A stretch of DNA of 64,000 nt from Pseudobutyrivibrio ruminis HUN009 (GTDB lineage Bacteria; Bacillota; Clostridia; Lachnospirales; Lachnospiraceae), in assembly GCF_000703005.1 (NCBI RefSeq), contig NZ_JNLH01000001.1, positions 2,255,542-2,319,541 on the forward strand, in the 5' to 3' direction. The notes below the pieces were generated by a model. It saw only the letters and a program-made list of their open reading frames with translations, was not told where the DNA came from and did not search any database. Shown here one piece after another: positions 20,771 through 31,409 of this stretch. The position numbers and the translations under genes are program-made. Each line of letters starts with the position of its first letter. Position 1 is the stretch's first letter.

Positions 20771-20859
20771 ATTCTCCCCCTTTAACGTATACATAAAGTA
20801 TAACATAGTGGAAATTAAATATGATAAAATATTTGTGAACTATTCTTATAGGGGGCTAT

Positions 20860-22014
20860 ATGAAATTCTTAATTTTTGAGATGAAAACTGTATGCTACAA
20901 TTCTTACCTTTACTTTGGGGACGCATTAGGCAAAGCCCTTACAGATAAGGGACATACAGTAGAATACTTTAAAGTAGATGAAGACGCCTTAGATGATTTA
21001 GAAAACTATGTAGGAGCCAAATACGATGCACTTATCGATTTCAATTCTGATTTACCTCGTGCACTTATGGATGATGATTCCTATTTTCTAGATCATGTTG
21101 ATGCGCCTTTTTTTGATGTCATTTTGGATCACCCTCTATATCATCATGATTCACTAAAGCATAAGCTTAGCAATTTCAATGTAGTTTGCCTAGATTCAAA
21201 GCACAAGGACTATATTTTAAAATACTATCCTCATATCAAATCCGTCACTGTAACGCCAATGACTGGCGAATTGGCCTTTGGGAATGACGCAATTAACTGG
21301 GATGGCTACGTTGAACGTCCATACGATATTCTATTATCAGGCACCTATACAGATCCTACCAGACTAGAAGCAGCCATCCATAAGATTCCTGATTTTCTGG
21401 CACATAACGTATACGAACTGATTGACATGATGCTAGCAGACAGCACCCTTACTATAGAGGACGCTGTTGAAACTCTGGCAAGAAATGAAATATATGACTA
21501 CATCAATTCAGATTTACCATTACACACTCAATCTTTCTATTTAGCTGACGCTTATGTGCGCTGTATAAACAGAAAGAATCTGGTATTAGAATTAGATAAA
21601 TGTAGTCACAACTTCCATATATTTGGAGCACTTTGGGAAGAGCTAGATTTAAAACACGCCACACTTCATCGTGAGATTCCATTCAATCTTACATTTACCG
21701 TTTTTTCCAAGGCTAAAATATCTGTAAATATTATGCCTAATTTTAAAGCAGGTAGCCACGACCGAGTATTCTCAGGCCAGCTTAATGGAGCTGTTTCACT
21801 CACAGACCCTACCACCTTACTTTTATCAGAATACCAGCATGATAAAAACATTCTCTTCTACGACTTAAATCACATGGATGATATTTCTTCAATGGTAGAT
21901 AGACATCTGGATAAGCCTGATGAGCTGAAAAAAATAGCCCAAGGCGGATTTAATATCGCAAATGCGAATCACACCTGGGCTAATATTGCAACTTTAATTT
22001 TAAAAAATCTTTAA
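20860..22014 (+). CDS. hypothetical protein, CgeB-like (DUF3880 + Glyco_trans_1_2-like) putative glycosyltransferase
   Basis: Rossmann-like N-terminus (MKFLIFE...ALGKALTDKGHTVEYF) and a C-terminal SHDRVFSGQLNGAVSLTD segment resembling the xxRxFExxaxG motif of CgeB-type GT1-like domains. This is a weak motif-level call. Confidence 0.35.
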   Translation: MKFLIFEMKTVCYNSYLYFGDALGKALTDKGHTVEYFKVDEDALDDLENYVGAKYDALIDFNSDLPRALMDDDSYFLDHVDAPFFDVILDHPLYHHDSLKHKLSNFNVVCLDSKHKDYILKYYPHIKSVTVTPMTGELAFGNDAINWDGYVERPYDILLSGTYTDPTRLEAAIHKIPDFLAHNVYELIDMMLADSTLTIEDAVETLARNEIYDYINSDLPLHTQSFYLADAYVRCINRKNLVLELDKCSHNFHIFGALWEELDLKHATLHREIPFNLTFTVFSKAKISVNIMPNFKAGSHDRVFSGQLNGAVSLTDPTTLLLSEYQHDKNILFYDLNHMDDISSMVDRHLDKPDELKKIAQGGFNIANANHTWANIATLILKNL

Positions 22015-22988
22015 TCCAAATTAAGCATTTCCTGGTAGAAAGCGAAGTAATCCTTTCTACCTTCTTTTGTAAATTGGATAGCTGTTCTAGGATGCTGATT
22101 TAAAAGACCAGTTGTAAGGTATTGCATATCATATCCCCATACAACGCCCTGCTCCTTTAATGGCATCATATAGTCCTCTACAAACTTAATTGCATATCTC
22201 TCCTTATATTTTGGATTCTTAAGGAAGCCAAGAAGAAGCTCCATAGCACAGTTTCCTGCACCACGTCCCATACTACAATATGTAGCGTCCAAATAATCTA
22301 CATTGTCACCAACAGCCTCTATCGTATTTGCGAATGCAAGCTTCTGATTATCATGTGCATGCATTCCCACCTTTTTGCCATACTTAGACGCAATTTCATA
22401 GTACATATCAGCAATACGCTCTGTCTGCTCTGGATATAGAGAGCCGTAGCTATCTACAATATAAATGCATGAAATAGGTGTCTGACAAACAATATCAAGG
22501 GCTGACTTGATATCCTCCATTGAGGCTGTAGAAATAGCCATAATATTACAAGTAGTCTCGTAACCTTTCTTATATGCATCCTCAATCATCTGTACTGCCC
22601 CAGGAAGCTGATGAAGATATGTTGCAACACGAATAAGATCCACAGGGCTTTCTGCCTTAGGATGAATATCCTCCTTGTAATTGCAACGGCCAACATCCGC
22701 CATGATTGCAAGCTTCAAATCAGTATTGTTGTCCCCAACAATCTTTCTAATATACTCATCAGATGAAAACTTCCATGGGCCAAAAGAATTCTCATCGAAC
22801 TGCTCTTTATCAGCACGATAGCCCATTTCCATATAGTCAACTCCAGCCTTTACATTTGTAAGATAAAGAGCTTTAGCAAATTCATCTGTGAAATAAAAAT
22901 CATTTACAAGGCCTCCATCGCGAAGTGTAGCATCCACTACTCGTACGCTTTCCCTTACTTCCAAAAGCTTTGAAATTTCCTTTTTCAT
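22011..22988 (-). CDS. DRE-TIM metallolyase (HMGL-like / pyruvate carboxyltransferase-type aldolase domain) protein
   Basis: VRVVDATLRDGGL N-terminal motif characteristic of HMGL-like aldolases (4-hydroxy-2-oxovalerate aldolase / IPMS-like catalytic domain), plus MHAHDNQKLAFAN metal-binding His motif; 325 aa, so no regulatory domain is present. Confidence 0.5.
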   Translation of the reverse strand: MKKEISKLLEVRESVRVVDATLRDGGLVNDFYFTDEFAKALYLTNVKAGVDYMEMGYRADKEQFDENSFGPWKFSSDEYIRKIVGDNNTDLKLAIMADVGRCNYKEDIHPKAESPVDLIRVATYLHQLPGAVQMIEDAYKKGYETTCNIMAISTASMEDIKSALDIVCQTPISCIYIVDSYGSLYPEQTERIADMYYEIASKYGKKVGMHAHDNQKLAFANTIEAVGDNVDYLDATYCSMGRGAGNCAMELLLGFLKNPKYKERYAIKFVEDYMMPLKEQGVVWGYDMQYLTTGLLNQHPRTAIQFTKEGRKDYFAFYQEMLNLD

Positions 22989-23097
22989 CTGTCCATCCTC
23001 CAGTTACTTTAGTGATTAAAAGTGGTAAAGTAAATTATAAACGTATCTGACCAAAAAAACAAGCCTATTGCAGATTATCTCCGCAATAGGCAAATAA

Positions 23098-24906
23098 TTA
23101 TACTACTTCGAATTTCATAGCGCTTTCATTAAGCTGCTTGGTAACAATACTGTTTTTATCCATATCATCATTAATGCCCTGGATTTCACTAACAATATCA
23201 GTAGCTGCTGTAGCAGACATATTTATCGCCATTGAGCTTTCCTGAATAGAATCTCCAATTGTAAGAATCTTTGCAGACATTTCATCCATAACTTCGTTAA
23301 GATTATTTGTCTTATCCGAAAATGCAGCAAGCATTTCTTCAATCATAGTGGCTGTGTTTTCAAACTTATCACCAGTCTCTACAAATGCATCGTAATCACG
23401 TAAAACATTTTCATTAATAAACTGGATAACCTGAACCGCATTGTCTGACAATGCTTGAACTGCTGTAGTAACTTTCTCAGAGATTTCCTGAATATTTCCA
23501 GCTGTGTCTCTAGAGTTTGCAGCCAGCTTACTGATTTCGTCTGCTACTACCGCAAAACCTCTACCAGCTTCACCAGCACGAGCAGCTTCAATAGAAGCAT
23601 TAAGTGCAAGTAAGTTTGTCTGACTAGCAATATCAAGAATATCGTTAGTCAAATCGCTAATCTGATTAACCTGCTCTGATTCTTTAACAGATTCTTCAAG
23701 GACACATGAAAGCTCTTCAATTTTGCTGCCCGTATTAGCTTTCTTGCTATTAGCTTCTTTTTTGATTTCATCAGCCTGAAGCTTAATCTCATTAGCTTTT
23801 TCTGAGCCTGTTTGTGATTCCTCACTAATAGCTGCAGTAGCTTTCTTAGCGATCTTAAGTTTGTCCTCTAAATCTACAGTTGAGAATGTAATTGTTTCCA
23901 TAGAAGCAACCAATTCTTCCATGGCTGCAGAAGTATTTGTAACATTGTTGCTAGCACTCTGAAGCTTTCCAACCATGCTATCTGCAGAAGTCTTCAAAAC
24001 ATTTGCGCCAAATTTTACATCCTTAATTACATTCTGTAATGTCTCCATAAACTGGTTAATATTGTCAGAAATAAGACTAAGCTCAGTCTTTGTATTTGTA
24101 TTAAGACGAGCTGTCAAATCACCTCTTCCATTATCAATATTGCTGATAATCTCCTGAAGCTCACTTGACATTTTCATAATTGTTTTATTCACTCTTACAT
24201 ATGTAAGAACAAACGAAACAACAATTAATACAATTACAAGAGCCATTATAATATAGAATCCAACAGATACTTCTCTTACATAACTATCTAAGTAAGTACC
24301 GAATCCTGATTGTAATTGAACAATACCATCATTTACTGCATTTAATGATTCGTTAATTTCGTCCAATTCAGTACCATAATCTCCAAATACAAATTTAACA
24401 GCACCTGGAATATCCTGTTTTATAATACAATTTCTAATTTTATCTACTGCTGCTAAATAAGACTCGACATTCTCTCTGTTTGTCGATATAAGCTGTGCAC
24501 CACCATCTAATTGACTAACTAATAAGCAATCATCCAAATAATTCAAATGAGAATCTATATCAGAAATATAATTGTCCATAACCTCAAAATCTGATTCAGT
24601 TATTCTCGTCCCCGACTCTGCCTGTCCTAAATATCTATTAATCTCTGCTGAAATATGAATTACATCTGCTTTCAACTCATAAGCTTCTGTTGCGCATTGA
24701 AGCTGACTTTCACATGCCAGTGTTGCCTGTGATTTTAATTTGTATAGTGCAAAGATTGCGGAAAATGCACATATAATAAATGCGACAAAAATCAATAGAT
24801 TTACTAGAATTGTTTGAAATTTGATTGAGTAAACTAGATTGCTGCCCCCTTTCTTTTCCTCTTTAAAGGAAATATTCTCACCCATTAGTTCTTTTTTCTT
24901 TTTCAT
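23098..24906 (-). CDS. methyl-accepting chemotaxis protein (periplasmic helical sensor, HAMP, MCP signalling domain)
   Basis: Two TM segments flanking an approximately 170-aa periplasmic domain, a HAMP region, and the highly conserved MCP signalling motif [36 protein letters not shown]. Confidence 0.85.
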   Translation of the reverse strand: MKKKKELMGENISFKEEKKGGSNLVYSIKFQTILVNLLIFVAFIICAFSAIFALYKLKSQATLACESQLQCATEAYELKADVIHISAEINRYLGQAESGTRITESDFEVMDNYISDIDSHLNYLDDCLLVSQLDGGAQLISTNRENVESYLAAVDKIRNCIIKQDIPGAVKFVFGDYGTELDEINESLNAVNDGIVQLQSGFGTYLDSYVREVSVGFYIIMALVIVLIVVSFVLTYVRVNKTIMKMSSELQEIISNIDNGRGDLTARLNTNTKTELSLISDNINQFMETLQNVIKDVKFGANVLKTSADSMVGKLQSASNNVTNTSAAMEELVASMETITFSTVDLEDKLKIAKKATAAISEESQTGSEKANEIKLQADEIKKEANSKKANTGSKIEELSCVLEESVKESEQVNQISDLTNDILDIASQTNLLALNASIEAARAGEAGRGFAVVADEISKLAANSRDTAGNIQEISEKVTTAVQALSDNAVQVIQFINENVLRDYDAFVETGDKFENTATMIEEMLAAFSDKTNNLNEVMDEMSAKILTIGDSIQESSMAINMSATAATDIVSEIQGINDDMDKNSIVTKQLNESAMKFEVV

Positions 24907-25083
24907 ATTGCCTTCATCCTTTTAGTAATTATATTTTTGCACAGCAATCGTATTCTACACCATTATTCAGAATTATGGAACTAGCAGCACAATAAATATA
25001 TTGGGTTTTATAGTATTTTTTTAAGATATAAAAAGAGCCCTATAGATTACATCTATAGAGCTCTAATATTAAATTCTAAAAGC

Positions 25084-26940
25084 CTAAACTATCTCAAATT
25101 TTTGAGTACTTGAATTTAATTGCTTTGTAACATCATTATTTTGATCCATAGCTTCATTGATGCCCTGGATTTCACCAACGATTTCCGTAGCAGCCTGAGC
25201 GCTCATACCAATAGCATTAGAGCTTTCATTTACAGAATTAGAAATTGTCTCAATTCTATCAGCCATCTCATTCATTACATTGTTTAGATTATCTGCCTTG
25301 TCTGAGAATGTAGCCAACATTTCATCAATCATTGTAGCTGTATCTTCAAATTTCGATCCAGTTTCTACGAAGGCATCATAATCAGCCAAAACATTTTCAT
25401 TGATGAATTCAATAACTTGAACCGCATTATCTGAAAGTGTTTTAACAGCCGCTGTAACCTTAGCAGAAATTTCCTGAATATTTCCAGCTGTATCTCTTGA
25501 GTTTGCTGCAAGTTTACTAATCTCATCAGCTACAACAGCGAATCCCTTTCCAGCCTCACCAGCTCTGGCAGCTTCGATAGATGCATTAAGAGCAAGCAAG
25601 TTTGTCTGGCTGGCAATGTCCAGAATCTCGTTTGTCAAATCACCAATTTGGTTGACCTGCTCAGATTCTTTTACAGAAACCTCGAGAACTCTAGATAACT
25701 CTTCCATCTTAGCTCCAGTGTTATCCTTCTTCTCAGTTGCTTCTTTCTTGATTTCATCAGCTGCCATTTTGATCTCATTTGCTTTAGAAGCGCCTTCTTT
25801 TGCCTCGGCATCTATAGCATTCGTAGCCTCTCTAACTTCAAATACCTTGTCATTTAAATCAATTGCTGTAGTAGAAACATTCTCCATTGACGCTGCCAAC
25901 TCTTCCATTGCTGCTGAAGTATTAGTGACATTATCAGATGCACTTTGAATCTTAACAACCATACTGTCTGAAGATGTACTAAGAACGCTAGCGCCCTCTT
26001 TAACATCCTTAATAACACCTTGAAGTGTTCCAAGAAACTCATTGATTCCATCAGATATCATAGCTAGTTCAGTTTTTGTCTTCGTATTAATACGAGCTGT
26101 TAAGTCTCCTTTTCCTCTATTGATATTATTTATAATTGATTGTAATTCATAAGAAATACCAAGAATAGTTTTGTTAATTCTAATAAATGAAAGCAGGAAG
26201 CTAACTATAATAAGAACCACAACTATTCCCATTACAAAGTAGCCCTTCATTGATACTTGCGAAATGTAGCTATCTAAATATCCTGAAAAACCTTCACTCA
26301 ATGAAGTAATAGCAGCATCTACAGCATCAAGTGATGCATAAGCAGTCTCCAAATTGGTACCATATTCAGTTGAAACATATCCAATAGCTCCAGCCATATC
26401 CGAAGCTGCTATATATCCCTTTAATGTTTCAGCAGATGATGCAAAAGCTTCTGTATTTGTTCTTAAATCCGCAACTATTTGCTCACCATCTGATACATTA
26501 CTAACTATTATTGATGATTCCATATAAGTAAGATGATTTTCTAAGTCATCTATATATGAGTTCATATCATCAAATTCTGAAGCACTCATTATATTGCCTG
26601 CTTCACATTGACCTAAAGTGCGATTTATTTCTGCAGATATATGTATAATATCCTGTCTTAATTGAGCTGATTCCTCAGCACATATCAACTCATTCTCACT
26701 TGCCACTAAAGCTTGTGACTTCACACTTTGCATTGCAGTATTTGATATTATCGCATATACGATAAATGCAACTAATATTACTACATTAACAATAATATTT
26801 TGAAATGTAATTGATTGGAAAAAATTGCCTTTATTGTGTTCCGCAATCTTTACTACTCCTGCAAGGTTTTCCTTTTGCTCTTCTGAAAGATTTTGGTCTA
26901 ATCTCTCTCTAATAGCCTCTTTTCTTTCTTCTCTGCCCAT
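25084..26940 (-). CDS. methyl-accepting chemotaxis protein, paralog of the adjacent MCP
   Basis: Same architecture and a near-identical signalling domain ([36 protein letters not shown]). The periplasmic sensor region diverges. A terminator-like hairpin follows at about 25034-25064. Confidence 0.85.
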   Translation of the reverse strand: MGREERKEAIRERLDQNLSEEQKENLAGVVKIAEHNKGNFFQSITFQNIIVNVVILVAFIVYAIISNTAMQSVKSQALVASENELICAEESAQLRQDIIHISAEINRTLGQCEAGNIMSASEFDDMNSYIDDLENHLTYMESSIIVSNVSDGEQIVADLRTNTEAFASSAETLKGYIAASDMAGAIGYVSTEYGTNLETAYASLDAVDAAITSLSEGFSGYLDSYISQVSMKGYFVMGIVVVLIIVSFLLSFIRINKTILGISYELQSIINNINRGKGDLTARINTKTKTELAMISDGINEFLGTLQGVIKDVKEGASVLSTSSDSMVVKIQSASDNVTNTSAAMEELAASMENVSTTAIDLNDKVFEVREATNAIDAEAKEGASKANEIKMAADEIKKEATEKKDNTGAKMEELSRVLEVSVKESEQVNQIGDLTNEILDIASQTNLLALNASIEAARAGEAGKGFAVVADEISKLAANSRDTAGNIQEISAKVTAAVKTLSDNAVQVIEFINENVLADYDAFVETGSKFEDTATMIDEMLATFSDKADNLNNVMNEMADRIETISNSVNESSNAIGMSAQAATEIVGEIQGINEAMDQNNDVTKQLNSSTQKFEIV

Positions 26941-27115
26941 AGAACTACCCCCTATATAAATAAACGTCCATTAATTCTCTTAAAATATTATAGTATGAAT
27001 TTTATAATGTGTAATACAATGCACAAAAAAAACATATTATTTTAAAATATTCATCAAAAAAGAGCCCTTAGGCAAAACCTAAGAGCTCTTTAATATAACG
27101 CTACGCTCGATTTAA

Positions 27116-28126
27116 TTAAAATTTACCAGCAGTAGCAGCTTCCTCAACAGAAACAGCAACAGCAACTGTTGCACCTACCATTGGGTTGTTACCCATACCG
27201 ATAAGACCCATCATCTCAACGTGTGCAGGAACTGAAGATGAACCAGCGAACTGAGCATCTGAGTGCATACGTCCAAGAGTATCTGTCATACCGTATGAAG
27301 CAGGACCTGCTGCCATGTTATCTGGGTGAAGTGTACGTCCTGTACCACCGCCTGAAGCAACTGAGAAGTACTTCTTGCCGAGTTCAACGCACTCCTTCTT
27401 GTATGTACCAGCTACTGGATGCTGGAAACGTGTTGGGTTTGTAGAGTTACCTGTGATAGATACACCTACGTTCTCATGATGCATGATAGCAACACCTTCC
27501 TGAACATCATCAGCGCCGTAGCACTTAACTGTAGCACGAAGACCATTTGAGTATGCCTTCTCTGATACAATGTTAAGCTTAGCTTCCTTGTAATCGTACT
27601 TTGTCTCAACATATGTGAAACCATTGATACGAGAAATAATCTGAGCAGCATCCTTTCCAAGACCGTTAAGGATTACTCTAAGAGGCTTCTTACGAACCTT
27701 GTTAGCCTTCTCAGCGATACCGATAGCACCTTCAGCAGCAGCGAATGACTCGTGACCTGCTAAGAAACAGAAGCACTCTGTCTCCTCCTCAAGGAGCATC
27801 TTTCCAAGGTTACCATGTCCAAGACCAACCTTACGGTGATCAGCAACAGAACCTGGAATACAGAAAGACTGAAGTCCCTCTCCGATTGCTGCAGCTGCAT
27901 CAGCAGCCTTGCGGCAATTCTTCTTAATAGCGATTGCAGCACCTACAGTGTAAGCCCAGCAAGCGTTCTCGAAGCAGATAGGCTGAATCTTCTTTACCTG
28001 CTCGTATACATCAAGACCTGCGTCCTTAGTAATCTTCTCAGCTTCTTCGATTGAGCTGATACCATACTTATTAAGAACTGCGTTAATCTGATCAATTCTT
28101 CTCTCATATGATTCAAATAAAGCCAT
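27116..28126 (-). CDS. GGGtGRT-family protein (conserved protein of unknown function)
   Basis: Contains the family-defining motif SVASGGGTGRTLHPDN, 336 aa. A hairpin plus T-run follows the stop at about 27056-27100. Confidence 0.7.
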   Translation of the reverse strand: MALFESYERRIDQINAVLNKYGISSIEEAEKITKDAGLDVYEQVKKIQPICFENACWAYTVGAAIAIKKNCRKAADAAAAIGEGLQSFCIPGSVADHRKVGLGHGNLGKMLLEEETECFCFLAGHESFAAAEGAIGIAEKANKVRKKPLRVILNGLGKDAAQIISRINGFTYVETKYDYKEAKLNIVSEKAYSNGLRATVKCYGADDVQEGVAIMHHENVGVSITGNSTNPTRFQHPVAGTYKKECVELGKKYFSVASGGGTGRTLHPDNMAAGPASYGMTDTLGRMHSDAQFAGSSSVPAHVEMMGLIGMGNNPMVGATVAVAVSVEEAATAGKF

Positions 28127-28147
28127 TTTTGTTTCTCCTTTCCTATA

Positions 28148-28840
28148 TTATTCCTGACGTGGATCGATAATCTTTGCAGCATCGTCAACACGACCGTACT
28201 GGCCCTTTGCCTTTTCCCATGCTGTGTTAGGATCATCACCCTTCTTAATGAAGTCTGTCATCTTTCCAAGAGAAACAAACTGATATCCGATAACTTCGTT
28301 ATCATCATCAAGTGCGATACCTGTTACATAGCCTTCAGCCATTTCAAGGTAACGAACACCCTTTTCCTTTGTTGCGTACATTGTACCAACCTGTGAACGA
28401 AGACCCTTTCCAAGATCCTCAAGACCAGCACCGATTGCAAGTCCGTCATCAGAGAATGCAGACTGTGTACGTCCGTAAACGATCTGAAGGAAAAGCTCTC
28501 TCATAGCTGTGTTGATAGCGTCGCAAACAAGGTCTGTATTAAGAGCCTCAAGGATTGTCTTTCCCTGAAGAATCTCTGCAGCCATAGCTGCTGAATGTGT
28601 CATACCTGAGCAACCAATTGTCTCAACAAGTGCTTCCTCGATAACACCATTCTTAACATTTAAAGATAATTTGCAGGCCCCCTGCTGTGGAGCACACCAG
28701 CCAACACCGTGTGTGAAACCGCTAATATCAGAAATCTGCTTAGCGTGTACCCATTTTCCCTCTTCAGGGATAGGAGCTGGTTCATGCTTTGCGCCCTTTG
28801 CTACAGGACACATGTTTTCTACTTCTTTTGTGTAAATCAT
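28148..28840 (-). CDS. IscU/NifU-N-like Fe-S scaffold-domain protein with an approximately 100-aa C-terminal extension
   Basis: GWCAPQQGACKLSLNVKNGVIEEALVETIGCSGMTHSAAMAAEILQGKTILEAL...LVCDAINTA aligns with IscU GAPACGDVMKLQIKV...YGCGSAIASSSLVTEWVKGKSLDEA...HCSILAEDAI. All three scaffold cysteines are conserved. Confidence 0.6.
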   Translation of the reverse strand: MIYTKEVENMCPVAKGAKHEPAPIPEEGKWVHAKQISDISGFTHGVGWCAPQQGACKLSLNVKNGVIEEALVETIGCSGMTHSAAMAAEILQGKTILEALNTDLVCDAINTAMRELFLQIVYGRTQSAFSDDGLAIGAGLEDLGKGLRSQVGTMYATKEKGVRYLEMAEGYVTGIALDDDNEVIGYQFVSLGKMTDFIKKGDDPNTAWEKAKGQYGRVDDAAKIIDPRQE

Positions 28841-28999
28841 TGTAGAACTCCTTTCTATAATTCCATTAATATACTGCTACCTACATTAATGACCTAATTA
28901 TATAAACGCATAGAAACGCGTTATTGATTACATTTTCTCACTTTCTGTGGTTTTAGTAAAGTATTCTTTTGTATTTTCGTTAAAAAATTATCTAAATAT

Positions 29000-29761
29000 T
29001 TAGAAGCTGTGACCTCCACCTGAATGGCCACCGCCACCACCGCCGGAAAAGCCACCGCCACCGCCAGAAAAGCCACCTCCACCACCGTGGTATGTGCTTC
29101 CAGCTGATGCAATTCTTCTACGAGTTGTATTTAGTACAGTAGATGTTCCTGCAATGGAAGCTCCAATTAGAAGCATTTCTGCAGGAGTAAATGTCTGAAC
29201 CCTTGCTCTCTCTCTTACTGCTTTTAAGAAAACAAATAAGAATCCAAGAATTATAGAAACTAGCGCTGTAACTATAAGTCTCATTGGTCTAAGGATCATT
29301 CCATCATTAATCAATGTATTGCACTGCTCAAAAACAGCATAAATGCATTCGTAGTACTCTCCATTTGACGCATATCTATAAACATTATCTGTAATATCAT
29401 ATGCATCTGCACTTTTTATCTCGTATTGGGCCTTTCCATATCCTGATAAGTACAACTCTCTGTTGTGCATATCAATCAAAAATGCAACACCATCTTCTCT
29501 AGAATTATAATTCTGTGTATAGAAGTCAAAAAGAATAGAATCCTCACTCTGACGATAGTTATACTCATCAGTAGTTGCTACAACATAATTGTAGCTACTA
29601 TCCAAAGAATCCAGATATTCTTCTAGCTCATCATATTCATCATCGCTAAGCAAATAAGCATCATCGATAATAGTTACATTTGATTTAGCCTCAGCACGAA
29701 TTGGAAGTAAGAGACATACAACGAATAAGAATATAAAATATTTAGCCTTTCGCATTTTCAA
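29000..29761 (-). CDS. TPM-domain (YgcG/YdjH-like) secreted/membrane protein with a Gly-rich C-terminal tail
   Basis: Signal peptide, a TPM-like region (IIDDAYLLSDDEYDELEEYLD...VATTDE), a TM segment, and a C-terminus of three GGGGGFS repeats plus GGGGGGHSGGGHSF. Confidence 0.6.
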   Translation of the reverse strand: MKMRKAKYFIFLFVVCLLLPIRAEAKSNVTIIDDAYLLSDDEYDELEEYLDSLDSSYNYVVATTDEYNYRQSEDSILFDFYTQNYNSREDGVAFLIDMHNRELYLSGYGKAQYEIKSADAYDITDNVYRYASNGEYYECIYAVFEQCNTLINDGMILRPMRLIVTALVSIILGFLFVFLKAVRERARVQTFTPAEMLLIGASIAGTSTVLNTTRRRIASAGSTYHGGGGGFSGGGGGFSGGGGGGHSGGGHSF

Positions 29762-31394
29762 GCTTACCTCCCTTCTTCAAAAACTGTGGTGATGGACGTG
29801 TTGCAAGTCTGTTGTACTCTCTAACAGTACAGTCAATAGTAAAGACGATAATCGCAAACACGATAGCTAAAGCTATGTAATAAATAATATCGTTTGGAAG
29901 GTTGATTATTCTAATAAGAATTGCTGCAATCCATCCTAAAGTACCAAGTAAAAGAACTGTCTTCTGCCCCTTTTTAACAGCATTAAAGCCTTTAATAATG
30001 AACACAAGACTAGAAATATACATAGCTAACATGAGAATAACATTGAGCACATTCGCAACCGCTCTTCCATTCTCAATAACATAAAGTATACCTGCTATGA
30101 TAAATGCATATCCGCCCTTTAAAAGCAAAAATATAACAACGGCACCAGCACCGGAAAGTGCTGCCTTTGTTGACGATTTAGTAATCTTCTTTTTCGCTTT
30201 CTTTTTAATTGGCTTAATATTTTTGCTGGTAACAATATCCTTGCTGCCAAAATATCCCTTATCATCAAGATGATTGTCACGTCTATAGACACCATCTGCA
30301 ATCTTTGCACCATAGTAAGCTATAAATGAAGAAACAAGTGCAGCAAACCCACAAAGATTCTTTATGCGATAAGTGAAGCTAAAAGTCAAGCTCAGCACAA
30401 AAAGAACTAAAAATATAACAATAGAAGCAGCAATTGCAGTGGCATACATCTTTCTTTTATCGATAGGCATATCAGAATAAACAGCACCTGAAGCGCCATT
30501 GATTACAGAATATGAAACTCTATCATAATTACGTGTAGTCATGAAATAGACAGGAAGATATGCTCCTTCACATCCCTTATATTGTAGCTTCGAAGCAACA
30601 TCATTATGAATTCGTTCATCTTCTCTGCTAGTCAAATCATATCCATCTGCTTTAGCTTTAACTTTGTTACAAAGTGAGTTCTTAGCCTCCTCTAATGCAT
30701 CCTCAACATAGATTTCCTTATCAACAGTAGAATTTTCAACGAAAAATCCTGCCAAAAAGTTTGGATTAAACTTTTCCAATTCATTAAGTGGAAATGGATT
30801 AATTGAACCAGAAACATTGTCATCGAATGTCTGTGATGCATCAAATGGAACCTTCATATCATCCACGTCAACTCTAACATTAAACTGGGTTTCTTTTGTA
30901 ACTTCATAATCTCCACTTGTAGATGTTTTTTTACCAACAAATGAAACATCACCATCTGACGAATAATCATAGAGATAATATGGAGTATAAAGTCCAACAA
31001 GCTTGTCAATATTGTCATCGATATTTAATCCATCAGGAACAAAATGAATATGTTTAACTTCCTCTAGATATTTTTCACGAGCTTCCTTTTTTGTGAGATT
31101 AAAAGGAAGAATATATTTAGGAACACCACTTTTAGAAAAGTGCTCCTGCATAGTAGTCTGAGTACCGCAGTATGGACAAAACTCCATACCATCGTTATCT
31201 ATTACCTGAATTTCCCCAGCACAATTAGGACAGGTATAAATTGTAGTATTTATACCTGCCTCATTTTCAATATCATTACCTTTGTATGCTCTTGGATCTG
31301 TATACTGACCGCAAGAGCTACAAAGCATTTGCATACGTTCTGGCGAAAACTTCAGTTGCCCTCCACAACTTGGGCAAGGGAACATTGTAGCCAT
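29742..31394 (-). CDS. membrane protein with two N-terminal zinc ribbons (YdjG-like), central soluble region and C-terminal multi-TM domain
   Basis: CPSCGG...CSSCGQ and CPNCAGE...CPYCG ribbons at the N-terminus, four or more TM segments in the C-terminal 200 aa. Overlaps the TPM gene by 20 bp and sits 16 bp after the SPFH gene. Confidence 0.5.
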   Translation of the reverse strand: MATMFPCPSCGGQLKFSPERMQMLCSSCGQYTDPRAYKGNDIENEAGINTTIYTCPNCAGEIQVIDNDGMEFCPYCGTQTTMQEHFSKSGVPKYILPFNLTKKEAREKYLEEVKHIHFVPDGLNIDDNIDKLVGLYTPYYLYDYSSDGDVSFVGKKTSTSGDYEVTKETQFNVRVDVDDMKVPFDASQTFDDNVSGSINPFPLNELEKFNPNFLAGFFVENSTVDKEIYVEDALEEAKNSLCNKVKAKADGYDLTSREDERIHNDVASKLQYKGCEGAYLPVYFMTTRNYDRVSYSVINGASGAVYSDMPIDKRKMYATAIAASIVIFLVLFVLSLTFSFTYRIKNLCGFAALVSSFIAYYGAKIADGVYRRDNHLDDKGYFGSKDIVTSKNIKPIKKKAKKKITKSSTKAALSGAGAVVIFLLLKGGYAFIIAGILYVIENGRAVANVLNVILMLAMYISSLVFIIKGFNAVKKGQKTVLLLGTLGWIAAILIRIINLPNDIIYYIALAIVFAIIVFTIDCTVREYNRLATRPSPQFLKKGGKLENAKG

Positions 31395-31409
31395 TTTCCA
31401 ACTTCCTTC

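Noticed and set aside
29000-29100. Direct DNA repeats CCACCGCCACCGCC / GGAAAAGCCACC at the 3' end of the TPM gene as a possible repeat element or CRISPR-like array
   Set aside because: They are the coding sequence of the (GGGGGFS)x3 glycine-rich protein tail, in-frame within the ORF. No spacers or repeat regularity of a CRISPR array.
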